64,000 nt of DNA from Candidatus Bathyarchaeota archaeon (GTDB taxonomy: Archaea; Thermoproteota; Bathyarchaeia; Bathyarchaeales; Bathycorpusculaceae), in assembly GCA_963828195.1 (NCBI GenBank), contig CAWHDT010000009.1:117819-181818 (forward strand). Reading direction: 5' to 3'. The notes below the pieces were generated by a model. The model was not told the DNA's origin, made no database searches, and worked only from the letters and a program-made list of their open reading frames with translations. Made by a program: the position numbers and the translations under genes. Position 1 is the first letter of the stretch. Every line of letters starts with the position of its first letter. Of this stretch, positions 10,192 to 20,986 are shown piece by piece.

Positions 10192-10875
10192 ATGAACAAG
10201 AAAACGAAGTTACTGGCGATAACTATTGCAGTCGTCATCATTGTCTCACCTCTAGCTGTTTTCAACTTCGTTAAATCACAAAATATCAACTCTCAAACGT
10301 ATTTCCCCAATTATCCTATCCGCGTCGCATGCGTTGGAGACAGCATCACCCAAAACAGCGGGTACCCTTCCGACCTACAATCAATGCTTGGAAATAACTA
10401 CACGGTAGGTAACTTTGGCGTCAGCGGGTCAACCGTGCTGCTTAATTCTTGGGAACCCTACATGAACCAGACTCAATTCCAAGACGCCAAAGCATTCGAG
10501 CCCAACATCGTCGTTATTATGCTTGGAACTAACGATGATCTTATGGATCTTCACCCATATAATGAAAGTTTCGAAAGTGATTACGCTGAACTGGTAACCT
10601 CATTTCAGCAGCTCCAAAGCAAACCACATATCTGGATTGTAACGTCGCCGTCGATTTTCAGCAACAGTTCAGATTTAAGTCCCTCATACTTGACGGATAC
10701 AATTATTCCGAAAACCGAGGATTTGGCAAACAAAATGAATTTGCCTATAATTGATGTTAACAGCGCTTTTGGCAACAGCAGTGACCTCTTCATAGATGGA
10801 GTGCACCCGAACAGTCAAGGAGCAACCCTGATTGCAACCGAAGTGTACGATTCCATAAATTCCACTTATAACTAG
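10192..10875 (+). CDS. SGNH/GDSL-family esterase
   Basis: Blocks CVGDSIT, NFGVSG, MLGTND and DGVHPN, with an N-terminal anchor. Confidence 0.9.
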   Translation: MNKKTKLLAITIAVVIIVSPLAVFNFVKSQNINSQTYFPNYPIRVACVGDSITQNSGYPSDLQSMLGNNYTVGNFGVSGSTVLLNSWEPYMNQTQFQDAKAFEPNIVVIMLGTNDDLMDLHPYNESFESDYAELVTSFQQLQSKPHIWIVTSPSIFSNSSDLSPSYLTDTIIPKTEDLANKMNLPIIDVNSAFGNSSDLFIDGVHPNSQGATLIATEVYDSINSTYN

Positions 10876-10950
10876 GCCAAACTTACTGGCACTAAAGAAA
10901 TTAAATAAAAAAGCACATTTGAGATATCAAGCCGTAAGTATTTGCGTTTT

Positions 10951-11697
10951 TTATTTTGCTGGCTTGAGTTTGCTTAAGAATATTTGGTAAACGACGATGG
11001 CTGCGTAGAAGCCGTATGAAAGTATAAGTTTTGGGCGGTGAACGGCGTACTTTAGGTCGCTGACCATTAATTCGACGTGTTTTCGGGTTGTCCATACTTC
11101 TTCGGGACGAAAATGAATGCAGTACGGTACGTAAACCCCTAAAACCTTGTAGCCTTTTTTTTCAATCCAATCTTTGATGTAACCGTCCTCGTAAGTATGC
11201 AGTTGATAGGGTATTTTGATGTCTTCAACTGTTTTACGCCGAATCAGCGTGTCGTGGGTTCCGCCTCTTTTATCAAATATTTTTATTGTAACCCTTTCAA
11301 ACAGATATAGCAATTTTTTCGATTCTCTTAGCACCGACCAAATTTCGATTCCCCAAACGGCGCCTACATTATCTTTAACTAGTTTTTCCGCCTCAGCAAA
11401 CCAGTTTTTAGACAAGATAACGTCGCTGTCAACGAACATGAACCAATCGCTCTTCACCATTCTGATTGCAGTCTGCCTAGCGGTGCCTCTTGTTCCTTTT
11501 TCTTGAACAAAGCTAACGTTCCCGTATTTTTCTTGGAACTCTTTCACTATATCAGCGGTTTTATCAGTGGAGAAGCCGTCGACAACAATGAGGCGGTTAA
11601 CTGGAACGTTCCTGTAAACAGAATTAATACACTGCTTCAACATGTGATCGCTGTTCATTGTGAGAATGGCAACATCTATTGGCTCCATCATAATCAA
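10951..11697 (-). CDS. Glycosyltransferase family 2
   Basis: IVVDGFSTDKT and FVDSD motifs. Confidence 0.9.
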   Translation of the reverse strand: MIMMEPIDVAILTMNSDHMLKQCINSVYRNVPVNRLIVVDGFSTDKTADIVKEFQEKYGNVSFVQEKGTRGTARQTAIRMVKSDWFMFVDSDVILSKNWFAEAEKLVKDNVGAVWGIEIWSVLRESKKLLYLFERVTIKIFDKRGGTHDTLIRRKTVEDIKIPYQLHTYEDGYIKDWIEKKGYKVLGVYVPYCIHFRPEEVWTTRKHVELMVSDLKYAVHRPKLILSYGFYAAIVVYQIFLSKLKPAK

Positions 11698-11819
11698 CCT
11701 ACTTTTTTATAAATAACCTTTTTATCTTTACCTGAAAAGAAAGTTTTCGGTTGCTTGCTATCATCTTCTTCGGCTGCTGGTCTATCAAATTTGTTATCCT
11801 CTTTGGCGCGAAAACATTT

Positions 11820-12989
11820 TTAATAACCCATTAAGCCACAGCATCGGGAGCATATTGGAAAAACTCCATTGTCGCAGCTTCTCAGGGCGCGTCTAAATTT
11901 GCGGTGTTTTTCATTATTGTATATTTCAAGGATGCTTGATTCCATAATGTTTCCTGTAACAAAATCTGGAAAATCTCTACATGTTACGGTGTCTCCGTTT
12001 GGCATTACATCTAACTGGAACCACGGTGAAACACATTTTTTGTATCCGAAGAAGTTTTCGGGTTCGGTATAGTAGGTTCGAATCTCCTCTGGTTTGAGGT
12101 CAGGCACAAACAGAATTGGCATCTTAGTTTTTGTAGATTTTATTTGTTGTACTTGCTCAGCGATTTTGTCTATGTTCAGTTTTGTGGTGTCGCGTACGTA
12201 GCCTTTCCATGCGAACGGTGTTACGCCTAACTTTTCCTCCGCTATTTTTGTGTGTTTCTGCCCTATCCATTCTTTAGTGAACCAAGAGTAGTAAATCGTC
12301 ATACCGTCAGGGCTTAGTTTTTCAGCCTCTTTCACAGTGTCAACTAAAGTGGATTCGTTGTTCTTGGAAATTGTTGTGATAATAAAAATGCCGGGTTTCG
12401 TCTTTTTCTTCTGTTTCTTTATTTTTTGAATAGCCAATATTCCTTTTTTTGCTGTATCTAACGCGCCTGGGACGCCTCGGCATTTATCGTGGATCTCTCT
12501 TGGGCCATCAAAGGAGACGCAAATCATGTCCCACCCGTTGTCAACAATTGTTTCAGCGTTTCTTTCTAATCCAACCCCGTTTGTAACAACTTGTACTGTT
12601 AAGCCTTTTTGTTTCATGTAGTTGACAAGGGGAACCAGTGGTTCGTAGAGAAAAGGTTCTCCGCCCGTTATGTAAACGTGAACTTTTTTTGGAGCAACTT
12701 CGTCTATTACTTTTTTGTAAATTTCAACTGGGACTTCCCCTGTGACTTTTGGTGTGTCGTCCCTTGCGTTGTATCCGGCTTGACCCCATTGTGCACAGAT
12801 TGCGCATCTGTGATTGCAACGATGGGTAATTCTTAGGCTCAGCAACCCAAGGGAAGAGCTGGCTCCATCTTCATTTCGGTAGTCTATTCTTGATTTAACC
12901 ATCCCTCTGTATGAGACTCTAGCAAGGCTCATCAGGAGTTGGGGGTTTCTGCACATCGGAGTCATGAACTGTGTTGGGATTCGTCTCAT
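11820..12989 (-). CDS. Radical SAM protein with SPASM/twitch domain
   Basis: CNHRCAIC, TGGEP and a C-terminal C..PW...PNGD..C...GNI...C..CC. Confidence 0.9.
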   Translation of the reverse strand: MRRIPTQFMTPMCRNPQLLMSLARVSYRGMVKSRIDYRNEDGASSSLGLLSLRITHRCNHRCAICAQWGQAGYNARDDTPKVTGEVPVEIYKKVIDEVAPKKVHVYITGGEPFLYEPLVPLVNYMKQKGLTVQVVTNGVGLERNAETIVDNGWDMICVSFDGPREIHDKCRGVPGALDTAKKGILAIQKIKKQKKKTKPGIFIITTISKNNESTLVDTVKEAEKLSPDGMTIYYSWFTKEWIGQKHTKIAEEKLGVTPFAWKGYVRDTTKLNIDKIAEQVQQIKSTKTKMPILFVPDLKPEEIRTYYTEPENFFGYKKCVSPWFQLDVMPNGDTVTCRDFPDFVTGNIMESSILEIYNNEKHRKFRRALRSCDNGVFPICSRCCGLMGY

Positions 12990-13063
12990 GAATACTACTC
13001 GTTGCTCTACCTTTTAGGAGGGTGTACAATTTAAATTTGACCCATAAGCATTAAAATTTAACG

Positions 13064-13213
13064 TTACTTAAGCCTCAAACCAATTGTGTATCGAAGTGTT
13101 TCAGGCCAATTGTTTCCTCGATTTTTTGTAACGTAGTTAAACATCGGAAGAAAGACTGCTTCATAAGCCTCACCTAAAGTCTTCATCAACTTCATATTCT
13201 CTCTCACAGTCAT
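13064..13213 (-). CDS. Small 49-aa protein (unannotated)
   Basis: GGAGG SD before ATG. Encodes MTVRENMKLMKTLGEAYEAVFLPMFNYVTKNRGNNWPETLRYTIGLRLK. Confidence 0.5.
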   Translation of the reverse strand: MTVRENMKLMKTLGEAYEAVFLPMFNYVTKNRGNNWPETLRYTIGLRLK

Positions 13214-13434
13214 CAAAATAACCTCCATCTTCTGCTTTTTTAATTGGATGATTCAATCAGTTGAAATTTATAATTTAGATAATTTCGTAGAAACATAATT
13301 TCTTCGAAGTTTATCAAAAGTTTTTTGGAAAAATTTGTTTTTCGATCGCCTCTTTTAGCTTTTAAGCATAATTTTATTAACGATTAACAACAAAGGTTCT
13401 GTAGTTAGACTACCTTAAACAAGAGGTATTTTTC

Positions 13435-13815
13435 TTGGATAACGAAAACGAAATTTTGGAAGAGCTAAAGAAAATTAGGGAAGCACTTGAAAAAGCTCCA
13501 CCGCCAACACCCCCAAAAGGATTATGGAACGAATTCAAAGATTTTCTAAAATCCTACAAAGTTCTTGGCTTAGCTGTTGCATTCGTTTTAGGCTTATACC
13601 TCGGCGCCTTGGTTCAAGCAGTAGTTAAAGACTTTATTATTCCGCTCTTAGGCTTAGCGATTCCAGGTTTGACAAACTTAGCTACCTACGTGGTTGCGGT
13701 TGGGAAGCAGTCATTTGGCATCGGCGACTTCTTAATAGCTCTAATTACCTTCATCTTTGTGGCACTTATCGTGTTCCTCATAGTGAAGGTTGCCAAAAGA
13801 TGGAGGATAGATTAA
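13435..13815 (+). CDS. mscL: Large-conductance mechanosensitive channel family protein
   Basis: EFKDFL...VLGLAVAFVLG...LVQAVVKDFIIP...GDFLIALITF, the MscL TM1/TM2 pattern. Confidence 0.88.
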   Translation: MDNENEILEELKKIREALEKAPPPTPPKGLWNEFKDFLKSYKVLGLAVAFVLGLYLGALVQAVVKDFIIPLLGLAIPGLTNLATYVVAVGKQSFGIGDFLIALITFIFVALIVFLIVKVAKRWRID

Positions 13816-14020
13816 ACTTTCCCTCTTTTTCTTTTTTAAGAACTCTTTTTTTTTAAAAATAATAACCATGTATCATTTTATCAGTTGAATAGATCAGAAA
13901 ACACTTTTTGATTTAAGTTAAGATGGCAAAATATAATTCTCAGAAACAAACGAAGACATCAATAAACAATTGAAAATTTATTTAAAACAAAAAATAGAAA
14001 AATAGATGTCTCTTATTTAA

Positions 14021-14584
14021 TTGTCTGCGGTGATGAGTTTGGCGTTGGATTGTTTTCTTCCCGGGAAGACGATTTTGATAGATGCTTCAGGATGGAGTGA
14101 TCTTTTATTGGGTGTAGTGGTCGGAGCGCTCAAGCCTCCTAATCCTATGGTGATGGAGAGGAGAATCCCCACTTCTTCTTTTCAGCCGCCGAACTTTAAG
14201 AATAGAAAATATCTGGATGACGCCGTAAAGATTGCCGACGAGATTGTTACGGTTATGCAGCCTGACAGTGAAACCTGTTTTAAGGTTTGTTCAGAATATG
14301 TGCTTTCCAATTTAGCTGTGTATTTACTTAGCTTAGGGTTCAAAGTTCAAAGAGTCGAATCCACGGGTGAGCTTAAGCAGTTAGTTGAAAAAGGATATGT
14401 GAGATGGTGTGTTGAAAAAGGAGTGCCTGAGGAAGTGCTCAAAGACCAACGACGCTTCTGGACATTTCTAGAGTGGGTTTCAGAAAAGCCTCACTTGAGA
14501 GAAAGCCTTGTGAAGACTGGCTGGGCAAGTTGGGAGCAAAAATGGAGAGAAGAAATATTCAAAAAACCTCTTAAACCCACCTGA
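14021..14584 (+). CDS. Hypothetical protein (possible RNase H-like fold)
   Basis: 187-aa ORF. ILIDASGWSDLLLGVVVG loosely resembles the RNase HII first motif. Confidence 0.55.
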   Translation: MSAVMSLALDCFLPGKTILIDASGWSDLLLGVVVGALKPPNPMVMERRIPTSSFQPPNFKNRKYLDDAVKIADEIVTVMQPDSETCFKVCSEYVLSNLAVYLLSLGFKVQRVESTGELKQLVEKGYVRWCVEKGVPEEVLKDQRRFWTFLEWVSEKPHLRESLVKTGWASWEQKWREEIFKKPLKPT

Positions 14585-15389
14585 CAAAATTGTTCATCAT
14601 CTCAGAGGAAAAAAAGACGAGCTATTTTTTAAAAAAATATGAAAATATTAAAAGGTCAACCCGCCGAAACACTTTTTTTTATCTGCGAATCAGAAGAGCC
14701 ATTGTCGTTTTAATTAATGAGAAAAACAGGTTGGGTCTGAGCCTTAAACATGTCCGCGGTCCATTGAGGCGATGTCTTAGTCGCTTCATGGTCTTTCACC
14801 GTTTTGACCACGTCGCTCGTCACCTCACTGCACATTGCATGTCCAGCCCATTGAAGCAAAGTCTTTGTCGCGCATCAATTTTCCGCTGTTTTAATTGACG
14901 CGTTCCTTGCTTCAACACATTGCGTCTAAAGCGTGCTCCCCGACCTGCAAAATACTAATAGGTGAAGGTTTGATTTAACGTATCTTGAACAAAAGCACAG
15001 CAATAGACCTGTACGTTAAGCCGATAAAAACCTCCTTTCTATCTAAACTCTCTTTCAACAGCCGAAACTATCTTCAAGAGCCGGAATAAACCGATTACGT
15101 TTTTGACATAAACTACGCAATTTGACATGAACAGCGCAATTTTTCCTGAAACTAGCGAAACCGACTGTTCACCCAAATTAAGGGACACTTATTTGTAACG
15201 CGTGCGATAGCCCTTTAACGTTCATTATGTGGGGCGTTTATGGGCTGCGTTTTTTCTTTTTGTTTCATTTTGCAAAACCCTTAGAATTGTAGTTTTCATT
15301 CAATTAATGTTAGAAGAAAACCGGGAACTTTAATCGATAAACTATTTATGGCACACCTGACACACCAGATAAAACTTTAGTGGAAACTG

Positions 15390-17070
15390 ATGGTTGAGTA
15401 CAAGTGGGTTGCGCTTTCGAATACTACGATAGGTATGCTGATGGCTTCAATAGACAGCACCATCGTTTTGATAGCTTTACCCGCAATTTTCAGGGGAATT
15501 AACCTCAACCCATTTACCTCTTTTCAATATCTGCTCTGGCTATTGTTCGGCTACAGCATCGTAACCGCCACCCTGCTGGTTACCTTCGGCAGAATATCTG
15601 ACATGTTTGGGCGAGTAAGACTCTACAATTTAGGTTTCGCAATCTTCACGGTCGGCTCGGTGCTGTGCTCCATAACTCCCAGCATGGGCACTTTGGGCGC
15701 AACTGAACTTATAGTTTTCAGGATAATCCAAGGAGTCGGCGGAGCTTTCCTCTTCGCAAACGGCGCCGCAATTATAACCGACGCGTTTCCTCCTAACGAA
15801 CGTGGAAAAGCGCTGGGGATAAGTCAGGTAGCTTTCTTGGCAGGTTCGTTGATTGGCTTGGTTCTTGGGGGAGTTCTGGCTGTTTATGATTGGCGACTCG
15901 TGTTCATTGTGAGCGTTCCGGTTGGCGTGGTCGGTACTGTTTGGTCTTATTGGAAACTTAAGGAGCTTGGCACTATCAGGAGGAATCAGAAACTTGATGT
16001 TTGGGGCAACGTAACTTTCGGCGCTGGTTTAACCCTTGTTTTAGTTGGGATCACATATGGTTTGATTCCGTACGGCTCCTCGTCGATGGGGTGGAGTAGC
16101 CCATGGGTAGTCGCTTCTCTTGCGGCTGGAGTTGGGCTTCTTGTTGCGTTCCCATTCGTTGAACAGCACGTGTCTGATCCGATGTTCAGGCTTGAACTTT
16201 TCAAAATAAGGATATTTAGCGCTGGAAATCTCGCTTCGTTTTTAGGATCCCTAGCAAGAGGCGGCGTGATGATTATGCTTATAATCTTGCTTCAGGGTAT
16301 TTGGCTTCCGTTGCATGGGTATAGCTATGAGTCCACTCCATTCTGGGCAGGTATATTCATGATACCGCTGTCAATTGGCTTTGTGATTTCTGGTCCGATC
16401 AGCGGTTGGCTGTCCGATAAGCATGGTTCAAAATTGCTCGCTACGATGGGTATGGTCGTAGCTGGAATTGCGTTTCTGGCTTTTGCGTTGTTTCAAGCGA
16501 ATTTTGAGTATGTCCCATTCGCTATCGTGCTTCTTATAATGGGAATTGGTAACGGTCTGTTCGCTTCCCCCAACATAGCCTCGATAATGAATTCTGTTCC
16601 GCCAGAACACAGAGGAGCCGCATCTGGAATGCGCGCAGCAATTCAGAACAGTGCATCGACGATAAGCATAGCGATATTTTTCACTATAATTATCGTTTCG
16701 CTTAGCGGCAGTCTCCCCGGAGCCTTAAGCTCCGCCGTTATAAGCGCGGGAGCACCACAGCAGCTTGCGCACACCTTCAGCTCAACTCCTGCGTCAGGTG
16801 CACTGTTCGGTGCGTTTCTAGGCTACAACCCCGTCCAGACAATACTAAATACGCTGCCGTCGTCGGTGGTGAGCTCCATCCCCAATGCTACGGTTCAGTT
16901 CCCTCATAGGAAAAACATTCTTTCCTAACGCGATCTCAGCTCCCTTCATGTCAGCGTTAAGAGTAGCCTTCATTGTCGGCGCACTAATGTGCTTTGCAGC
17001 CGCAATCTGCTCTGTCCTCAGAGGCAACAAATACGTTCATGGACAACCAACGGGCGACGCTAAAAGATGA
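15390..17070 (+). CDS. MFS drug-resistance-type transporter (DHA2-like), frameshifted near 16900
   Basis: GRISDMFGR motif A and many TM helices. The last TM helix continues in ORF 16885..17070 after a single-base indel. Confidence 0.9.
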
Positions 17071-17224
17071 GCCATTCAAAGGACGCTAAAGTCTAAAATT
17101 CTGGAGCAAAAAATAGTTTTTTGTCAGCATCGACTCAATTAGCTTCTTGTCTGTCCATCTAAATAAAGTAATAAAAATTTGTCTCCAACATTCTTTATTA
17201 GGCTCGTTTTTCTTAACAGAATCT

Positions 17225-17653
17225 ATGCCGAAAATCAAAGATATCATGACTAAGACTGTTGTTTCAGCCTTTGTTAGTAACAGCGTTTTTGAAGCGGCTG
17301 AGCTTATGAGTTACAAAAGAGTGAGTTGCTTGGTTATCATGGACAGCGAAGCGCCCATTGGAATAGTTACTGAAAGAGATATCGTCAGAAGGGTCGTGGC
17401 GAAAAAATTACCGCTGGACACCAAGGTTTCGGAGATTATGTCTAAGTCTCTTATTACAGTTGATCCTGAAGCTTCAATTAAGAAGGCTGCTAGGCTGATG
17501 TCAAGCAACAAAATTCGAAGACTTCCAGTGTTAGAGCAAAACAGATTAGTCGGGATAGTTGTGGCTGCTGATTTTGTGCGGAATCTCGGGAAAAAGACAA
17601 TCTCTGAAGAAATAATAGAAGCTATGGGCCGCTACCCAGCCACTTTTCCATAA
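17225..17653 (+). CDS. CBS-domain pair protein
   Basis: KIKDIMTK...GIVTERDIV...VSEIMSK...RRLPV...GIV. Confidence 0.9.
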   Translation: MPKIKDIMTKTVVSAFVSNSVFEAAELMSYKRVSCLVIMDSEAPIGIVTERDIVRRVVAKKLPLDTKVSEIMSKSLITVDPEASIKKAARLMSSNKIRRLPVLEQNRLVGIVVAADFVRNLGKKTISEEIIEAMGRYPATFP

Positions 17654-17789
17654 AGATGTTCTTGCTGATCAAGTTACAAAATCTGTGGTCTGCATATGAA
17701 GCACTACATGCATGGAAAGCGAAATCTGCCAATAGTTTTTCGGTTGAATGGCGCACTCAAGAAAACCGGCGCTTTCGTAGTTCTAAGTC

Positions 17790-18656
17790 CTAAAAATCTA
17801 ATTGTATTTGCGGCGGATTTGGCGGCGGCTGTGTTTCAGGCGGGGGTTCAGGGGAAACTTCGGGTTTAGGTTTTTTGCTCATGGAGATTTTTTTGGGGAG
17901 GTAAACTGCTGCAAAACCTAAGCCGACAAATATCATCGCGAGTTGTGCGGCTTGGCCAATTTGGTTTGTGGTGGCTACTCCTAGAAAATCAGTGGCGTCA
18001 AATAAGCCGTGGATTAGTGCAAGTACCAAAATGTTTCCTCCTGACCAATAATACGCGATGCACATGGCTAAACCGAAAGTTATTAATTCTATAAACGGCA
18101 GGACGCTTGCGATGCCATAAGTGAATGCGTAGTAAGCATGAACAGAGGCAAACATTACACTCGAAACAATCGCCAACGGAATCCAGTATCTGCCTTTAGA
18201 GATGCTGAGTAATCCGCCGTAGATGAAGCCGCGGAAAAGGTACTCTTCAGCTGGACCGACCACAAGTATGGAGACAGGGATCATTAGCCATGCAACGTTT
18301 GACGGTACGTTAAGTACGGGATTCGGCTTGTTTAGCAGGCTTGCAGCGTGTGGGGCAAAATGCGTTATTATAGTCAAGGCTATTATGGAGAGTAAAAGGC
18401 CGATTACGGTTAAAACGCCGAATAGTGATAAGCCGAATTTGGCGGCTTCTTTATTGTTTTTGCCCGCTCGATTGAGCAGTTGCCTGCCGAAGAGGAGGCT
18501 GACAACGAGAGCGGGTATTCCATAGACGACCAGGTAGCCCGTTATTGATCCATAACGTATGAAATATTGGGAGTAGACAGCAATGTAAATGACTGCTAAG
18601 CCTATGAGATAGAATTTCTTTGGTAGAGAGTTGGTGGGAAACATCTTTGCATACAC
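17790..18656 (-). CDS. CPBP (CAAX/Abi) intramembrane metalloprotease
   Basis: EEYLFRG, FASVH and HGLFD motifs. Confidence 0.9.
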   Translation of the reverse strand: MYAKMFPTNSLPKKFYLIGLAVIYIAVYSQYFIRYGSITGYLVVYGIPALVVSLLFGRQLLNRAGKNNKEAAKFGLSLFGVLTVIGLLLSIIALTIITHFAPHAASLLNKPNPVLNVPSNVAWLMIPVSILVVGPAEEYLFRGFIYGGLLSISKGRYWIPLAIVSSVMFASVHAYYAFTYGIASVLPFIELITFGLAMCIAYYWSGGNILVLALIHGLFDATDFLGVATTNQIGQAAQLAMIFVGLGFAAVYLPKKISMSKKPKPEVSPEPPPETQPPPNPPQIQLDF

Positions 18657-18958
18657 ACAAACAACAAATTAATGCGGTTGCCAAATGAGGTTTCAATCCT
18701 CTTTGTAAACATTGCGTTTTAAAAAATTGAAGAAGCCAAAAGATTCTTTTTAACCAATCTTATGAGATTCAAGCCGGAACTGCCCTTCAGATAAAGTCGG
18801 TTACCTCTCAGTTAGGAAGGAATATTGAAGATTTTTGCGAGGAGTTGCAAAAAATATTGAAAGAGAGTTCCTAAACAAACGGGCGATTAGTCGCCTTCTC
18901 ACAGGGAAGAAAGTTACCTGTAAAGTAAAATGTAATTTTTTACTTTTGTTTAAAGCAA

Positions 18959-19072
18959 TTATTTCTTTCCTTTAGCAGGAAGCTGCTGTCTCATCTGTTT
19001 CTTTTTTGCGTCCTTCTCTCGCTGAGCTTTCTTTTGCTGTTCAAGCTGTGTATTCTTCTTTTTCCTTTTCAT
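18959..19072 (-). CDS. Small basic 37-aa protein
   Basis: MKRKKKNTQLEQQKKAQREKDAKKKQMRQQLPAKGKK with an upstream GGTGA. Confidence 0.35.
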   Translation of the reverse strand: MKRKKKNTQLEQQKKAQREKDAKKKQMRQQLPAKGKK

Positions 19073-19620
19073 AACACTCATATAGTCACCCCTCACCAAG
19101 CAAACAAACGCATCCACATTCTAAAACGTTACCCTTTACCTTCCCATTTCTAGAAGAAAACTTGGAAACTTGCACAATATTTTATTAATTAATTCAAGAA
19201 ACGCCAAATTTTTTTCGAGCCAGAAAAAGCTTTCTGAATCTGAATATCAAAAATCAGTTATTTATCTTGCTTAAAGTCAAAAACTTGTAGCGATTAAAGT
19301 TCTGAGAGAAATCATTATGAACACTGACGATTATTATATTCATTGGAACCGGTAATCACGCTTTGGGCTGTGTCAATCTTTGACGATCAAGACTTTGCTT
19401 TGCGGATGCGTTTACGAAGAGAAAGATTGGATGCTTGTGAGAATAAAAGAGTGCGAAAGGCATCATAAGCAGCGAACAAGGAAGCGCGAATACAGGCCAA
19501 AAGCCGAATGTAACAGAAATGATACAAAAGGCGAATAAACCTTTAAACGTTGAAAATTGAACAAAAAAGAATAAAGCACTCAAGGCACATTCTTTCTCGT
19601 AAGTTAGAGCGATGTAACCT

Positions 19621-20409
19621 ATGTCCGAACATAAATCCGAATGGCCTGAATCCGGCGATCTCGTAATCGCCACAATAGAGAGCGTGATGGATTATGGAGC
19701 CTACGCTAACCTCGATGAATACAGTAAACGTGGGTTCCTTCATATCTCCGAAATTTCCAGCGCCAGAATAAGAAACGTCCACGACTACGTTCGTGAAAAA
19801 CAAAAAATGGTTCTGAAAGTTCTCCATGTAAACCTTGAGAAAGGCCACATTGACTTATCTCTCAGACGCGTTACAAAACGTGAAAGGATTGAAAAAATCA
19901 AAGCTTGGAAAAGAGATCGCAAGGGCGAAGTCCTTCTGCGTGCTGTTTCAGAAAAAGTTGGGTTGCCGGTTCATGAAGTTTACCAGAAAGCAGGTATTAT
20001 TCTTGAAGAAAGCGTCGGTTTATATGATGGCTTTGAAAAAGCTCTCAAAGACGGCGCAGAAGCCCTAACTAAACTGGGCGTACCTGAAGATATCGCCAAA
20101 GCTTTTGTTCAAGTTGCCGAAGAACGCATCCATATCAAAATGGTGAAAGTCAGAGGCACACTTGAAATTCGATGCATGAAACCCAACGGCGTTAAATGCA
20201 TTCAATCAGCATTCATCGATGCAAAGAAAGCGCAAAAAGCTAAAGACGCTAAAATCGAATTTTGCGTGATTGCCGCTCCTAGATATAGCGTGGAAGTCTC
20301 GGCTGATAACTGGAAACGCGCTGAAGATCTTCTGGATGAAGTAAGCCAAGGCGTAGTCTCCAACATCACTAAGGCAGGCGGACACGGTTCCTTTAAACGA
20401 GAGAAATAG
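19621..20409 (+). CDS. eif2a: Translation initiation factor aIF2 alpha subunit
   Basis: S1 domain (WPESGDLVIAT...GFLHISEIS...GHIDLSLRRV) and C-terminal AAPRY. Confidence 0.95.
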   Translation: MSEHKSEWPESGDLVIATIESVMDYGAYANLDEYSKRGFLHISEISSARIRNVHDYVREKQKMVLKVLHVNLEKGHIDLSLRRVTKRERIEKIKAWKRDRKGEVLLRAVSEKVGLPVHEVYQKAGIILEESVGLYDGFEKALKDGAEALTKLGVPEDIAKAFVQVAEERIHIKMVKVRGTLEIRCMKPNGVKCIQSAFIDAKKAQKAKDAKIEFCVIAAPRYSVEVSADNWKRAEDLLDEVSQGVVSNITKAGGHGSFKREK

Positions 20410-20417
20410 GTGAATAA

Positions 20418-20756
20418 ATGAGAGAACCAATTGACAAAGTAATTTGGGGTCACGTAGAAAAACTTGGCAGAGGCACCCGAGCAAACTATGAACCTGGCAA
20501 AAAAACCATTACTTTCTGCTTCAAGAGAGGCGAAGAGACTTCAAGTGAGCAACTAAGGAAATTACGCGAACAACTTATGGATGAATTAAAACAACTAGGC
20601 TACGCTAGCCACATGAAATACAACGGGGAAGTAATTGCGGAAAACATAGAAGAACAAGATGTAGTTCTAACCAGAAAAAATCACCAGCTCTCAATTCGCC
20701 TAAGCAAGAAGGGTTCTGGAGAAAAAGAAAAGGACGTTTCAGAGCAGCCGACTTAA
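20418..20756 (+). CDS. Hypothetical protein
   Basis: 112-aa ORF with a GGTGA SD directly after aIF2-alpha. Confidence 0.6.
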   Translation: MREPIDKVIWGHVEKLGRGTRANYEPGKKTITFCFKRGEETSSEQLRKLREQLMDELKQLGYASHMKYNGEVIAENIEEQDVVLTRKNHQLSIRLSKKGSGEKEKDVSEQPT

Positions 20757-20986
20757 CTTTTCCCATAGGGAACAACTTTAGGAACGAAAGCTTTGACGAC
20801 GAGACCTTAGCCAGCGCAGGCTTAATATGCAGCTTTTGTATGGCTAAATATGGTGCAGATAAGAGTTTTCATTGAAATCCACGGTGAATATAACTGTTAA
20901 CTATTACCCAACTTAGGAAGCATGAAGAAGGAAGATGGCAATCCGATACGTTAGAGTCTCTGCCAGAGAAGATTAGTGAAGGTTCT

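Noticed and set aside
14710-14875. Possible remnant of a small metal-binding (DUF1059-like) gene on the minus strand
   Set aside because: The resemblance is weak and the frames are broken, so it cannot be supported without a search.
16885-16928. MFS frameshift as programmed recoding
   Set aside because: There is no slippery heptamer. A single-base error or mutation is the simpler explanation.
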